NCBI RefSeq assembly: GCF_006345805.1
Contig: NC_042997.1
Coordinates: 80,352,001-80,416,000 of the forward strand
DNA: 64,000 nucleotides
Reading direction: 5' to 3'
From: Octopus sinensis
Lineage: Eukaryota
Shown: positions 62,371 to 64,000 of the stretch, in pieces
Layout of the letters: each line of letters starts with the position of its first letter
Position numbering within the stretch: position 1 is the stretch's first letter
Made by a program: the position numbers and the translations under genes
Notes under the pieces: model-generated
What the model was told of the DNA's origin: nothing
Seen by the model: the letters and a program-made list of their open reading frames with translations, nothing else
Databases searched by the model: none

Positions 62371-64000
62371 TCATCATCATTGTTCGACCGTGGTCGAGAC
62401 AATGGAATTTACCATGTTGCGCCAGACTTCACGGTCCATCATAGCATTACGGAGGTCCTGTTGCTGGATGCCTGTATCCCTGGAGATTACATCAGGGTAG
62501 GAGAGTGTGTGCCCTCTGGTGTTGCGAGTAGATGGCTTCCAGAGGAGAAGAGTAGAAATTACTTCTTTTTCAGCTCTACAACAATGTCCAGCAAACTGGA
62601 CTCTCCTACCTTTCACAAGAGATGACACAGGTGGTAATTTCCCATATATTTGCATTTTAGTTGGATGGCTCCTCCACGAGAGATTTTGAGCTCTCATAAG
62701 GAGGCGAGTGTAGGTTCCATCCAACCACCTCTCAAGCTTCTTTGATAACGTCCAGGTTTCTGAGCCATATAGTAGAATTGGTTTGACTGTGGCTTTGAAT
62801 ATTTCAAGTTTGAAGTCTCTACTTAGATTTGATGACCAGATCTTATGCATGTCATTACAGGCTGACCAGGCTATACCCTTTCTAGTTAGAAAGTCTTTTC
62901 CAGATGATGATATGTATGACCCAAGATATTTATAATCAGAAACCATATTTAAAGGTGCACTGTTGAGAGTGTGGATGATGCAATCACTGTTGGACAGGCA
63001 CTTGTTCATGTATTCAGTTTTGGTCTCATTAAGGTAAAGACCTACACAATTTGAGGCTTGTTCAAGAGATTGTAAAAGAGACTGGGCATTGGAGAGAGAA
63101 TCACTGATAAGAGCGATGTCGTCAGCAAAGTCAGTGTCTGTCAAGTACTCAGCTGGGTGTCTGGAACTTCTTCTTGGTTTTATTTCAAAGCCCTTGCCAG
63201 AGATGGTATCAACTGACATACGTAGCACATAATCAACAACAATGATGAAAAGAAATGGGGCGAGTGTCTCCCTGCAGTATTCCGGCCTCGATCGAGAAAG
63301 ATGATGTTTCTCCATCAGGGGTTAAGATGGTTGAAGACGTATCTGTGTAGAGGACCTTGATGGCAGAAATAATTTTGTCTGGTATCCCATAGAGCTTAAG
63401 GATTTCAAACATCTTGCACCTATCTACAGAATCGAACGCTTTAGAAAAGTCTACAAATACCATTGCAAGATCGCGATTAAATGCTTTTGATTCTTCAATA
63501 AGTCTGCGCAGGCATAGTATCTGGCTCAGCGTTGAGCGCCCATGTCTGAATCCATTTTGGTTCTTTCGGAGCAAAGGTTCAACAAAAAGGACAAGACGAT
63601 TTAGGATCAGTTTGTTGTACAGTTTTGCAGCAATTGACATTAGAGATATGCCCCTGTAGTTGGTGACGAGGGACAAATCGCCTTTTTTGGGTATTGGAAT
63701 GATTTGAGACTGGTGCCAAATCTTTGGAGCGACAAAGGTGGAAAGTGTGTGGTTGCAGAGGTTAAGCAAAAGTGTGTGAAATCTATCATCCTTCCAAATC
63801 ACAGCCGGAATGTTGTCGGGACCAAATGCTTTCGAGGCTTTTAGTTGCTTGGTGGCTGCTGTTAGTTCAAATATGGTAAAAGGGGAGGTGTTGATGTCCA
63901 GCGTGTCTGATATAGGTACACTTGGGAGAGTGGGGTTATCAGGGATTTTGGCATTCTTCCCAAGGAGGTTTTTAAAATGGGTTGACCAATTTTCTAAACG
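62371..64000 (-). mobile_element. RTE/RTEX-like LINE RT and 3' end, continuing beyond the window
   Basis: NYRGISLMS, QNGFRHGRST, DFSKAFDSV, GILQGD, DFADDIAL, YKYLGS; frameshift near 63290; (TGA)n tail at 62371-62380. Confidence 0.95.

Overview
This is an AT-rich, repeat-dense eukaryotic window. It is most likely a coleoid cephalopod (Octopus-like), inferred from a mollusc-type cytochrome b NUMT, tRNA-derived CORE/Meta-type SINEs, RTE/CR1 LINEs and very long (TA)n arrays. The only host exon I can firmly support is the first coding exon of a GALNT1/13-like polypeptide N-acetylgalactosaminyltransferase (minus strand, exon 15881-16351, ATG at 16130). It has a 20-codon uORF and an 11-Gly stem. A CpG-retaining block at about 44.4-46.5 kb, with divergent splice donors, is a candidate (bidirectional) promoter about 29 kb upstream. 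The rest is intronic or intergenic and holds decayed transposons: mariner, Tc1 IR/DR, hAT-Charlie, TTAA MITEs, RTE, RTEX-like, CR1, SINEs and a Penelope GIY-YIG remnant. The most notable signal is a set of minimal type I hammerhead ribozyme motifs. A 317-bp near-perfect palindrome (53756-54072) encodes a hammerhead with a fully canonical core on each strand. Five further degenerate hammerheads of at least three other sequence families are scattered through the window, one of them inside a tRNA-headed SINE. All folds were derived by eye, and coordinates of old repeats are approximate.
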